A stretch of DNA of 64,000 bases from an uncultured virus (IMG/VR IMGVR_UViG_3300022752_000050). Taxonomy: Duplodnaviria > Heunggongvirae > Uroviricota > Caudoviricetes. The DNA is taken from IMG/VR virus record IMGVR_UViG_3300022752_000050. The stretch is one strand, 5' to 3'. Below the pieces are notes generated by a model, which was not told where the DNA came from, did not search any database, and was given only the letters and a program-made list of their open reading frames with translations. The number at the start of each line of letters is the position of its first letter. The first letter of the stretch is position 1. A program made the position numbers and the translations under genes. Below, one piece after another: positions 37,889 through 47,303 of this stretch.

Positions 37889-38791
37889 TTATTTTTCTAT
37901 ATAGTCAAAAATTTGATTGATGTCAAATAACTCTTGATCTTCATCAAATGGATATTCATGCTCTGGACCTGTAAAGTCAAAGTCAAACAAATAACTTCCA
38001 GGCAACTTAAATGTATGAGGTTTGATAGTCTCAATATTCGTGTGTATGTCATATCCAAACACCTTTGGACTTGTGCCATTCCACAGGACCAAAGATGGAA
38101 GTTTTAATGCAGCAGCAGCATGTTGCAGTGAACTATCAATTAGAATTCTTTTATCACTGTGAAGAATTACACTTAGAAACTCAAGAATTCCTAATTGCAT
38201 TGTATCAGAAAACTCAATGATTTCTGCATTGATAAGTTTTGGCGAATTTGCCTTAGTACACTGATAGATTGTGTACTTCTTGTGATACTTATCTACAATT
38301 TGTTGAGCAATATCAAAGGGCATATCTCTTGCCCACATGTATGGTTTGGCATCTGGAGTAATCATTCCTCCATTTGTGTGAATAACCATGACTGGTTTGT
38401 TGCTCTTTTTCCACACATCCTTTGAGATTTTCTTCTGAAGTGGATTAAACTTGAGTTCTGGCATTTCACCACGATACTCAAGATTATACATCTTACACCA
38501 AGTTTGAATCAGTGGAAGACGTTTGTGAATGTGGTCGGTTGTAAAATACGGTTCATTATGAAAAATTAAAGAATCTTTGTTCTCAACGTATGTTTGATAA
38601 AAATAACTAGTATTTCCTAGTTGATAGACTCTATCAATGAATGGAAGATTCAGAAATACATCTGTATATACGCCAACTACAATTAGTTTTCGTTCTGGAA
38701 AATTGTTTTTGATGCACTTTGCAACAGCAGTGGATGCAATATGTTTTCCAAGTCCTCCCTGAACGTGGAAAATGCAGTATTTTTCTTTCAT
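37889..38791 (-). CDS. Glycosyltransferase (GT-B, GT9-like)
   Basis: GGLGKHIASTAV and IDSSLQHAAAALKLPSLVLW motifs. Confidence 0.75.
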   Translation of the reverse strand: MKEKYCIFHVQGGLGKHIASTAVAKCIKNNFPERKLIVVGVYTDVFLNLPFIDRVYQLGNTSYFYQTYVENKDSLIFHNEPYFTTDHIHKRLPLIQTWCKMYNLEYRGEMPELKFNPLQKKISKDVWKKSNKPVMVIHTNGGMITPDAKPYMWARDMPFDIAQQIVDKYHKKYTIYQCTKANSPKLINAEIIEFSDTMQLGILEFLSVILHSDKRILIDSSLQHAAAALKLPSLVLWNGTSPKVFGYDIHTNIETIKPHTFKLPGSYLFDFDFTGPEHEYPFDEDQELFDINQIFDYIEK

Positions 38792-39726
38792 CAGTTTTTT
38801 ACAATGTTTGTTTGGCGCGAACTTGTCTCTATAATTTTGGGTGCTTGTTGCTTAACATTATATTGTTTTTGTCGCCAAAAGTCCATGCCTTCACATCTTT
38901 CCAGAACATAATCAGAAAGAACTTCCTTTGGACTTGGAGCAATTGATTTTAACTTAGACCGAACTTCGTGCATATCGGATAACCCATATGTGTTCATGTC
39001 ATTTTCACGATGAGTATTTGTGATGTTATCAAAATCATACTCATAGGCATCCTCTTCCAGAAATTCATGCAGTTTCTGAAGTGTTTCCTTTGGATTTTTT
39101 GTTAGATCACGATATTCTACATAATGTATGCGATCAGCAAATCCTTGATTTATACCCTCCATGATTGCATTTAGACTTTGCCCTAAAATTCCATCTGGAC
39201 CTGCAATGTATTCACAACGATTATCATCATTGATGGGAATATTGAGTTTTACCAGTTGTTCATCAATAAAGTTAATTCTTGGATTTCCTTCTTGATATGG
39301 ATTTCTACGAATCATTGTGATCATTGATGTGAGAATTTCATCAATATCTCTTACTGGACAAATAATCTTTGCCCTTCTTCCAATATAACCCTCAATAAAA
39401 GGAACTCTTGCTGTCCATGCACGATTCTTGTCAATAATCACTGGTTCATCAACATCACTATAAAATTGATCAATGACACTTGAGATTAACAAATGTGCTT
39501 GATCTGGTTTTGGATATCCATGAAAAAGTTCATCATTTTGCAGATGATTCTCAAGGACAAACATTGTTGATAAAACGGGGCTTGATGGACCCGAATAAAA
39601 TCTTGGATTTTGATTTAGAATAGATGACAGCAAAGTGCTTCCTGAGCGAGGAAGACCTGCCATGAAAAAATACTTTTTCTGAAATTCTGATGTATTTTTA
39701 TCTATTACTTGCGAAAGAAATGACAT
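38791..39726 (-). CDS. Sulfotransferase family protein
   Basis: 5'-PSB loop GLPRSGSTLL, IDKNR, KIICPVRD...S, VEYRDL..NP. Confidence 0.85.
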   Translation of the reverse strand: MSFLSQVIDKNTSEFQKKYFFMAGLPRSGSTLLSSILNQNPRFYSGPSSPVLSTMFVLENHLQNDELFHGYPKPDQAHLLISSVIDQFYSDVDEPVIIDKNRAWTARVPFIEGYIGRRAKIICPVRDIDEILTSMITMIRRNPYQEGNPRINFIDEQLVKLNIPINDDNRCEYIAGPDGILGQSLNAIMEGINQGFADRIHYVEYRDLTKNPKETLQKLHEFLEEDAYEYDFDNITNTHRENDMNTYGLSDMHEVRSKLKSIAPSPKEVLSDYVLERCEGMDFWRQKQYNVKQQAPKIIETSSRQTNIVKN

Positions 39727-39755
39727 AAATGAAATCGACTCAGTTTACTCTAACA

Positions 39756-39763
39756 TATTTATA
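39756..39763 (-). promoter_or_regulatory. T4 late promoter TATAAATA
   Basis: Exact consensus upstream of the sulfotransferase. Confidence 0.7.
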
Positions 39764-39771
39764 GTTATAAA

Positions 39772-41502
39772 TCAACCCACCGATGCAATTCCAACATGTG
39801 CTTTAATTGCTGCAATCTCTTCTCTGAGAAGTTTATTTTCTGCATCAAGTTCTTGGATTGCTTTAATCATAACTGGAATTAAGTTTGCCTTGTAAATTCC
39901 AAGATTGTCTGGGTCATTGTCATTAATCAAACGTAAGTAATCTGCATTGTATTCTGCAACAACTTCTTGGATTTGTTGTGCTAAGAAACCAGATTCCTCT
40001 TGTCCTTGTGGTGGTAGATTTTTCTTGGCTTCATCTCTAAAGTCCCACTTGAATTTAACTGGTCTTAATTTGCCTAAGAAGTCTTTACCAGTTTGCAAAC
40101 TTTGGATATTTGTTTTATCTCTACAATCAGATGTATTACCCCAAGCACTAAAGGCACCACTAAAACATGCTGCAGTTGCATTACCAGAAGAGATAACAAC
40201 TTGATTGCTATTTGTTGCTACTGGAACGTTAGCTGGTCCAATGACAATGTTACAAGATCCAGTTGTGTTATTACAACCAGAAAGTGTGCCTAAGAAAATA
40301 TTGCAATTTCCAGTGGTATTATTATATCCTGCCCAGAAACCAAGAAAGTTATTGCAACGTCCACAAGTATTACAATATCCTGCTTGATATCCCAAAAAGT
40401 TATTATAATCTCCATTCCCATTGGTATATCCTGCAGATTGACCAAAGAAATTATTATTGCCTCCGCCAGTATCACTATATCCTGCATAACAACCAAAGAA
40501 GTTATTATTGCTTCCACCTTGGTTGCAATATCCTGCTTGATATCCCAAAAAGTTATTATGAGATCCATTTGATGATGTTAATCCACCACCAAAACCAGCA
40601 CTTGCACCAATGGCAACGTTATGGTTTCCAGTTTCATTTCTATGTAGAGAACTGTGTCCTATCGCAACGTTTTGTCTTGCCGTTGTTGCACTATAACCTG
40701 CTCCAACACCCGCAAAGAAGTTACTGTCACCAGTAACAGGAAATCCAAAAATCCCTCCAGATCTTCCGCGCCCCGAATTACGACCTATAAAAATATTATC
40801 TATTGCACCAGGACTGCAACATCCAGCATTTTGTCCGATAAAAATATTATCGCATCCATTATTATTGCATCCCGCACAAGCACCAAAGAAGTTATTATTA
40901 GATCCAGTGGTGTTATTGAATCCTGCATTATTACCAAAGAAGTTATTATAACATCCAGAACTAATCTTACACCCCGCACAAGATCCAAAAAAGTTATTAT
41001 GAGAACCTGTTATATAAGTCGGAAGATAAGGTATAGTATAAGATGCTCCAGATCCTGCACAAAAACCAAAGAAGTTATTAAAACTTCCTGTAGTAATCAA
41101 ACAACCAGCATAAGAACCCAAAAAGTTATTACAAGATCCAGTGGTAATACTGTATGCTGCAAAAGAACCTATGCCAATATTGTTATTTCCAGTGGTGTTA
41201 AAGTATCCAGCACATGCACCAAAAAAGTTATTATTACTTCCAGTGGTATTGTAACGTCCGGCAGCATTACCAAGGAAAATATTATAAGTTCCAGAAGTTA
41301 ATAAAGAACCAGTTTCATTATTGCCAATTTTAATGTTTTGATTGGTGGTTGTAAATCCTATAAATCCATGAATACTGAGACCAGTGGTGATGCCAGTGAG
41401 TCTTAAGTTTCCTCCACTGATGCTACCTAATGTGCTGAATCCAGAAACATTTAAACTTCTACTGTCATCAATAACAGTAATATTTCCTACTTTAATAGCC
41501 AT
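39772..41502 (-). CDS. Tail fibre with Asn/Cys-rich 17-aa repeats and C-terminal intramolecular chaperone (peptidase S74)
   Basis: NNFFGxxAG repeats; SDCRDKTNIQ...LRPVKFKW...GFLAQQ. Confidence 0.85.
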   Translation of the reverse strand: MAIKVGNITVIDDSRSLNVSGFSTLGSISGGNLRLTGITTGLSIHGFIGFTTTNQNIKIGNNETGSLLTSGTYNIFLGNAAGRYNTTGSNNNFFGACAGYFNTTGNNNIGIGSFAAYSITTGSCNNFLGSYAGCLITTGSFNNFFGFCAGSGASYTIPYLPTYITGSHNNFFGSCAGCKISSGCYNNFFGNNAGFNNTTGSNNNFFGACAGCNNNGCDNIFIGQNAGCCSPGAIDNIFIGRNSGRGRSGGIFGFPVTGDSNFFAGVGAGYSATTARQNVAIGHSSLHRNETGNHNVAIGASAGFGGGLTSSNGSHNNFLGYQAGYCNQGGSNNNFFGCYAGYSDTGGGNNNFFGQSAGYTNGNGDYNNFLGYQAGYCNTCGRCNNFLGFWAGYNNTTGNCNIFLGTLSGCNNTTGSCNIVIGPANVPVATNSNQVVISSGNATAACFSGAFSAWGNTSDCRDKTNIQSLQTGKDFLGKLRPVKFKWDFRDEAKKNLPPQGQEESGFLAQQIQEVVAEYNADYLRLINDNDPDNLGIYKANLIPVMIKAIQELDAENKLLREEIAAIKAHVGIASVG

Positions 41503-41546
41503 CTACCGTCCTCGTATACACTGGGTAGTTTTTTATTATTTAGTTA

Positions 41547-44500
41547 TCACTCTAATTTGGAAATACGATCATTCAGTTCATTGATTTGAGATTGTTGTTC
41601 TTTTACAACCTCAATCAAGAGACCAATCAATCCGTTATAATTAACAGTCTTTGGATCTGAATCATTTACAAGTTCTGGCAAGACTTTCTGAATTTCATCT
41701 GCAATTACACCCATTGATTGTTTGTTGTTCTCAATCCATGTGAATGAAACACCTTGGATTTGAGATACTTTATCAATTGGATTCTGAATTGGATAAACAT
41801 TTGTCTTTAGTCTTGCATCAGATGTGGAGTTAATATCTGTTACAGTGACGACACCAACAAATCTACCATCACCAAAAACAGTGAGTTTTGATGTTGCATT
41901 TGATGCGTTAGTAGTTCCAACACCAACATTAAAGGAACTGTTGCCCTGAATCCAATATCCTCCATCTGCACCTATGGCAAGTTGACAAGATCCAGTTGCT
42001 GAAGGTAATACTGCAGCATAACCAAGAGCAACATTGCAAGAACCTGTTGTATTGGTGCATCCAGCATAACGACCAAAGAAAATGTTTCCTGATCCAGTAG
42101 TATTAGATTTTCCAGTAAATTCTCCCAGGAAAGTATTGTCATTACCAGATGCACCAGAAGCACCGCATCCTGCATTTTTTCCAAGCGCAATATTTCTTGA
42201 CCCAGTTAAATAATAACCTGCATTTTCTCCAAAGAAGTTATTATGACATCCACCAGAGTTTAAACGTCCTGCTTGAGAACCTAAGAAGTTATTATGGCAT
42301 CCACTTAAGTTACTAAATCCAGCACTTGCACCAATAGCAACGTTATGATTACCAGTTTCGTTTCTATAAAGAGTACTATGTCCTATCGCAACATTTTGTC
42401 TTGCTGTTGTTGCACTATAACCTGCCCCAACACCCGCGAAGAAGTTGCTGTCGCCAGTAACAGGATACCCACCTCTACCTCTACCTGCATTTTGTCCGAT
42501 AAAGGTATTATCAGATCCAGTGTTGTTGCTATATCCTGCACAATTACCTAAGAAGTTATTATGGCATCCAGTGTTGTTGTTAAATCCCGCATAACATCCA
42601 AAGAAGTTATTATGGATTCCGGTGGTAATATACCTTCCTGCACCACTACCAAGAAAATTATTATTATTTCCAGTAGTGATATATTTTCCTGCATTATTAC
42701 CAAAGAAATTATTGTTATATCCAGAAGAAACATTATAACTTCCAGCATAAGCACCAAAGAAATTGTTATTACTTCCAGAGGTGTTACTTTTTCCTGCAGA
42801 AAGACCTAAGAAGTTATTATGACATCCAGTAGTGTTATTGTATCCCGCAGAACAACCAAAGAAATTATTATTACATCCAGAAGTGTTGCATCTTCCTCCA
42901 TAACGACCAAAAAAGTTGTTGTTGTATCCAATGGTGTTGTATCTTCCTGCATTTCCACCAAAGAAGATATTATCAGATCCAGAGGTATTGCAGCATCCTG
43001 CAAAAGCACCAAAGAAGTTATTAGAACCTCCAGTGGTGTTATTGTATCCTGCACATAGACCAATGAAGTTATTATAAATTCCAGTAGTTAAACTTGTACC
43101 TGCTCCAACACCAGCAATAAAGTTATTATTTCCAGATGTAAGATTTGTGCCAATGCCAGTATTTCCAAAGAAAATATTTCCTTTGGTGAATGAAATATAT
43201 GAATAATCTCTTGCAGAATTGTATCCAGCGGTGAGACCAGCTCCAATCAATAATTGAGTGTTTGTTGCATCAAATCTTAAGTCTACATCAGTTGATGATG
43301 CAGTCATCGTACCAGATGTTAAGTTTGTGAGAACAACTCTCTCAATTCCAGACGTTGCACTTAACGTAGATCCAGTGTTTGTTAAACCAGATCCATCACC
43401 AACAAAAGCACTTGCAGTAAGTGTATTAGTGGAAGCATTATAAGTTAATCCACCATCAACAAATGGCGATTGATTTCCTGTGGATTGATCTGCAACAAGA
43501 ACAACAGATGTAATTGTGTCTGATGAGGTTGTTGCTGAAATGTTAATATTATTTGCATTTGTTGCAGTTCCATTGACTGTTGTGGCAGTAATAATACCAA
43601 CACTTAATCCTGTTGCTGATATTTGATTTAAAGTGCTAATACCACTAAAGTTAGCAGATGTTCCAGTTATTGATCCTAAAGTACTAATACCAGCAAAGTT
43701 TGCTGAAGTTCCAGTAACTGATGTTAAGGTACTAATACCCGGAACATTAAGTCCTGTTGTAACTCCAGCAAGTATCAGATTTGCTGCACTTACACTACCT
43801 AATGTAGAGAATCCAGAGACATTTAAAGTGGTGTTTTGAACAAACCCTAAGGTGCTAATACCAGTAAAGTTTGCTGAAGTTCCAGTAACTGATGTTAAAG
43901 TGCTAATACCTGGAACAGTAAGTCCTGTAGTCACTCCAGCAAGTCTTAAGTGTCCTGCAGTAACACTACCTAATGTGGTAAATCCAGTGATGTTTAATGC
44001 TGTTAAATTAACCGTTGCAATACCACTGTTTGATGTTAGATCAACAATTAAGTTTTCTCCGAAGTTAATCGTTGTGCTAACACCAGAAATCATATTGGAA
44101 CTATCACGAATGTTAATGCCAACACCAGCAGCAACAATATTCAAAAGTTGACTACCATCACCAACAAAGTAATTTGCAGTAATAATACCAGAAGATGCTC
44201 CAATGGTGATTCCAGAACCTATTTTTATATCACTTTGGAAGGTGGAAACTCCAGACACACTTAAGGTTGTTGCTGTTGCATTTCCAAGAGTTGATAAACC
44301 AGCATTAGAGAATCCAGTGGTATTAGTTTGCCCTAAGGTTGCAATACCTGTAACTCTAAGACCTGTGGTAATTCCTGCAAGAGTTAAGTTTCCTCCACTG
44401 ATACTACCTAATGTAGAGAATCCAGAGACAACTAAGGTAGTAGCAGTGGCATTACCTAAAGTTGATACACCAGCATTAGAGAATCCTGTGGTATTGGTTT

Positions 44501-47264
44501 GTCCTAGAGTTGTAATACCCGTAACTCTAAGTCTAGCTAAATCAGCACCTTCGGACGCATTAAGACCTCCAGAAAATGTAGAGACTCCAGTGACATTTAA
44601 AGTGGTGTGCTGAACAAATCCTAAAGTACTAATACCAGGAACATTAAGACCTGTAGTAACTCCAGCAAGAGTTAAGTTTCCTCCACTGATGCTACCTAAT
44701 GTAGAGAATCCAGAGACTACTAGAGTTGATGATGTAGCATTACCTAAAGTTGATACACCAGCATTGGAGAATCCAGTTGTATTCGTTTGTCCTAACGTTG
44801 TAATACCTGTAACTCTAAGTCTAGCTAAATCAGCACCTTCGGACGCATTAAGACCTCCAGAAAATGTAGAGACTCCAGTGACATTTAAAGTGGTGTGCTG
44901 AACAAATCCTAAAGTACTAATACCAGGAACATTAAGACCTGTAGTAACTCCAGCAAGAGTTAAGTTTCCTCCACTGATGCTACCTAATGTAGAGAATCCA
45001 GAGACTACTAGAGTTGATGATGTAGCATTACCTAAAGTTGATACACCAGCATTGGATAATCCAGTGGTATTAGTTTGTCCAAGAGTTGTAATACCAGAAA
45101 CATTGAGTCTTGATATTTGAGTAGATCCAAGAGTGCTAACACCAGCACTGCAACTAAACTCAGTAGATACATCAAGAGTAGTTAATCGCAGTTGACTTCC
45201 CAAAGATAATGTCGTAACTGTTGTGATGCCAGTAAAGTTTGCATGAACAGCACTTATTGATCCAAAAGTACTAAATCCAGATACATTTAAAGTTGATGCT
45301 GTGGCATTACCTAAAGTTGATACACCAGCATTAGAGAATCCAGTGGTATTCGTTTGTCCTAACGTTGTAATACCTGTAACTCTAAGTCTAGCTAAATCAG
45401 CACCTTCGGAACCACTGATTCCTCCAGAGAATGTAGAGACTCCAGAAACATTTAAAGTAGTGTGTTGAACAAATCCTAAAGTACTAATACCAGGAACATT
45501 AAGTCCTGTAGTAACTCCAGCAAGAGTTAAGTTTCCTCCACTGATACTACCTAATGTAGAGAATCCAGAAACAACTACTGTAGTAGCAGTAACATTTCCT
45601 AAAGTACTTAAACCTGTATTAGAAAGACCAGTGGTATTGGTTTGCCCTAATGTTGTAATACCTGTAACTCTAAGTCTGGATAAATCAACACCTTCAGACG
45701 CATTGATTCCTCCAGAGAATGTAGAAATTCCTGATACATTTAAAGTGGTGTGTTGAACAAATCCTAAAGTACTAATACCTGGAACATTGAGACCTGTGGT
45801 AATTCCTGCAAGAGTTAAGTTTGCTGCACTGACACTAGATAACGTAGAGAATCCAGAGACTACTAGAGTTGATGCTGTGGCATTTCCTAAAGTACTTAAT
45901 CCAGCATTAGAGAATCCAGTGGTATTTGTTTGCCCTAATGTTGTAATACCTGTAACTCTAAGTCTGGCTAGATCAGCACCTTCGGAACCGTTGATTCCTC
46001 CGGAAAATGTAGAGACTCCAGAGACATTTAAAGTAGTGTTTTGAACAAATCCTAAAGTACTAATACCAGGAACATTAAGTCCTGTAGTAACTCCAGCAAG
46101 AGTTAAGTTTCCTCCACTGATGCTTCCTAATGTAGAGAATCCAGAGACTACTGAAGTTGATGCAGTAACATTTCCTAACGTACTTAAACCAGCATTGGAG
46201 AATCCAGTTGTATTCGTTTGTCCTAATGTTGTAATACCAGGAACATTAAGTCCTGTAGTGACTCCAGCAAGAGTTAAGTTTGCTGCACTAATACTTCCTA
46301 AAGTACTAAATCCAGAAACATTTAAAGTAGTGTGTTGAACAAATCCTAAAGTACTAATACCTGGAACATTGAGACCTGTGGTAATTCCTGCAAGAGTTAA
46401 GTTTCCTCCACTGATACTACCTAATGTAGAGAATCCAGAAACAACTAGAGTTGATGCTGTGGCATTACCTAAAGTACTAATACCAGCATTGGATAATCCA
46501 GTAATATTGGTTTGTCCTAATGTTGTGATGCCTGCAACATAAAGTTGAGATGCGGTTAAGAATCCTACAGTGCTGATACCACTATAATTAAATGATTGTC
46601 CCGTTAATCTTGTAATAGTACCAATCGAAACTACAGCAGTTTCACTTCTATGACTTACAAATGACCCTACACCAGTACCTACAACGTCTCCTCTTGCATA
46701 GATTGCTGTTGTTCCAGTTGATGCTGAACTATAAGCAGTTAAAAGAACATTTGGATTTGTGGTTCCAACTCCAACAGTTCCGAATCCAGTAATAACAAAA
46801 AGAGATGTATCTGGATTTGCTTCATCTTCAACAACTAAAGCATTACCAGAACCCAACTGAGTAATGCGAACCATATCTTCCGATGTGGTTCCAGAAAATA
46901 TACCTGCGCTCTGATTTGATGGGGGAACTACATGTAATCTTGCATTTGGTAAAGTTATACCAATTCCAGTATTGCTCTGAATATATGCTGCACCAAATAC
47001 ACGGAGTAATTCTCCAGTCCCTGTTGGAACACCATTTCCAACTGTTACGGATGTAAAAGTTGTAATTCCAGGAACATTCAGGTTTTGCATTGTAGCAACA
47101 CCTGTAATATTCAGGTGTGTTGCTCCAATTCCACCAACAACGTGGAAGTTTTGTGTTGGCGCTGTTGTTCCTACACCAATACGACCATTTGACGTATTGG
47201 CAACAAGTAAAGAAGTGTTAACCTCAAGGCCATTTTTAATAACAAAATTCTTATTAATTGCCAT
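41547..47264 (-). CDS. Long tail fibre with S74 chaperone domain
   Basis: MAINKNFVIKNGLEV start, 96-aa S/T/G repeats, NNFFG repeats, SDARLKTNV...GVIADEIQKVLPELV. Confidence 0.88.
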   Translation of the reverse strand: MAINKNFVIKNGLEVNTSLLVANTSNGRIGVGTTAPTQNFHVVGGIGATHLNITGVATMQNLNVPGITTFTSVTVGNGVPTGTGELLRVFGAAYIQSNTGIGITLPNARLHVVPPSNQSAGIFSGTTSEDMVRITQLGSGNALVVEDEANPDTSLFVITGFGTVGVGTTNPNVLLTAYSSASTGTTAIYARGDVVGTGVGSFVSHRSETAVVSIGTITRLTGQSFNYSGISTVGFLTASQLYVAGITTLGQTNITGLSNAGISTLGNATASTLVVSGFSTLGSISGGNLTLAGITTGLNVPGISTLGFVQHTTLNVSGFSTLGSISAANLTLAGVTTGLNVPGITTLGQTNTTGFSNAGLSTLGNVTASTSVVSGFSTLGSISGGNLTLAGVTTGLNVPGISTLGFVQNTTLNVSGVSTFSGGINGSEGADLARLRVTGITTLGQTNTTGFSNAGLSTLGNATASTLVVSGFSTLSSVSAANLTLAGITTGLNVPGISTLGFVQHTTLNVSGISTFSGGINASEGVDLSRLRVTGITTLGQTNTTGLSNTGLSTLGNVTATTVVVSGFSTLGSISGGNLTLAGVTTGLNVPGISTLGFVQHTTLNVSGVSTFSGGISGSEGADLARLRVTGITTLGQTNTTGFSNAGVSTLGNATASTLNVSGFSTFGSISAVHANFTGITTVTTLSLGSQLRLTTLDVSTEFSCSAGVSTLGSTQISRLNVSGITTLGQTNTTGLSNAGVSTLGNATSSTLVVSGFSTLGSISGGNLTLAGVTTGLNVPGISTLGFVQHTTLNVTGVSTFSGGLNASEGADLARLRVTGITTLGQTNTTGFSNAGVSTLGNATSSTLVVSGFSTLGSISGGNLTLAGVTTGLNVPGISTLGFVQHTTLNVTGVSTFSGGLNASEGADLARLRVTGITTLGQTNTTGFSNAGVSTLGNATATTLVVSGFSTLGSISGGNLTLAGITTGLRVTGIATLGQTNTTGFSNAGLSTLGNATATTLSVSGVSTFQSDIKIGSGITIGASSGIITANYFVGDGSQLLNIVAAGVGINIRDSSNMISGVSTTINFGENLIVDLTSNSGIATVNLTALNITGFTTLGSVTAGHLRLAGVTTGLTVPGISTLTSVTGTSANFTGISTLGFVQNTTLNVSGFSTLGSVSAANLILAGVTTGLNVPGISTLTSVTGTSANFAGISTLGSITGTSANFSGISTLNQISATGLSVGIITATTVNGTATNANNINISATTSSDTITSVVLVADQSTGNQSPFVDGGLTYNASTNTLTASAFVGDGSGLTNTGSTLSATSGIERVVLTNLTSGTMTASSTDVDLRFDATNTQLLIGAGLTAGYNSARDYSYISFTKGNIFFGNTGIGTNLTSGNNNFIAGVGAGTSLTTGIYNNFIGLCAGYNNTTGGSNNFFGAFAGCCNTSGSDNIFFGGNAGRYNTIGYNNNFFGRYGGRCNTSGCNNNFFGCSAGYNNTTGCHNNFLGLSAGKSNTSGSNNNFFGAYAGSYNVSSGYNNNFFGNNAGKYITTGNNNNFLGSGAGRYITTGIHNNFFGCYAGFNNNTGCHNNFLGNCAGYSNNTGSDNTFIGQNAGRGRGGYPVTGDSNFFAGVGAGYSATTARQNVAIGHSTLYRNETGNHNVAIGASAGFSNLSGCHNNFLGSQAGRLNSGGCHNNFFGENAGYYLTGSRNIALGKNAGCGASGASGNDNTFLGEFTGKSNTTGSGNIFFGRYAGCTNTTGSCNVALGYAAVLPSATGSCQLAIGADGGYWIQGNSSFNVGVGTTNASNATSKLTVFGDGRFVGVVTVTDINSTSDARLKTNVYPIQNPIDKVSQIQGVSFTWIENNKQSMGVIADEIQKVLPELVNDSDPKTVNYNGLIGLLIEVVKEQQSQINELNDRISKLE
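43630..46530 (-). repeat. Intragenic tandem repeats with a 288-bp main period
   Basis: 44521-44768 appears identical to 44809-45056; several further degenerate units. Confidence 0.9.
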
Positions 47265-47295
47265 TCGGGTTCACTCTCCCCCTAGATTTTTTTAT

Positions 47296-47303
47296 TATTT
47301 ATG
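47296..47303 (-). promoter_or_regulatory. T4-type late promoter CATAAATA
   Basis: Overlaps the upstream stop, before the long fibre gene. Confidence 0.6.

Noticed and set aside
40595..42465. Diversity-generating retroelement template and variable repeat pair
   Set aside because: Both copies are coding, differences are mostly synonymous and not adenine-specific, and no reverse transcriptase is present.
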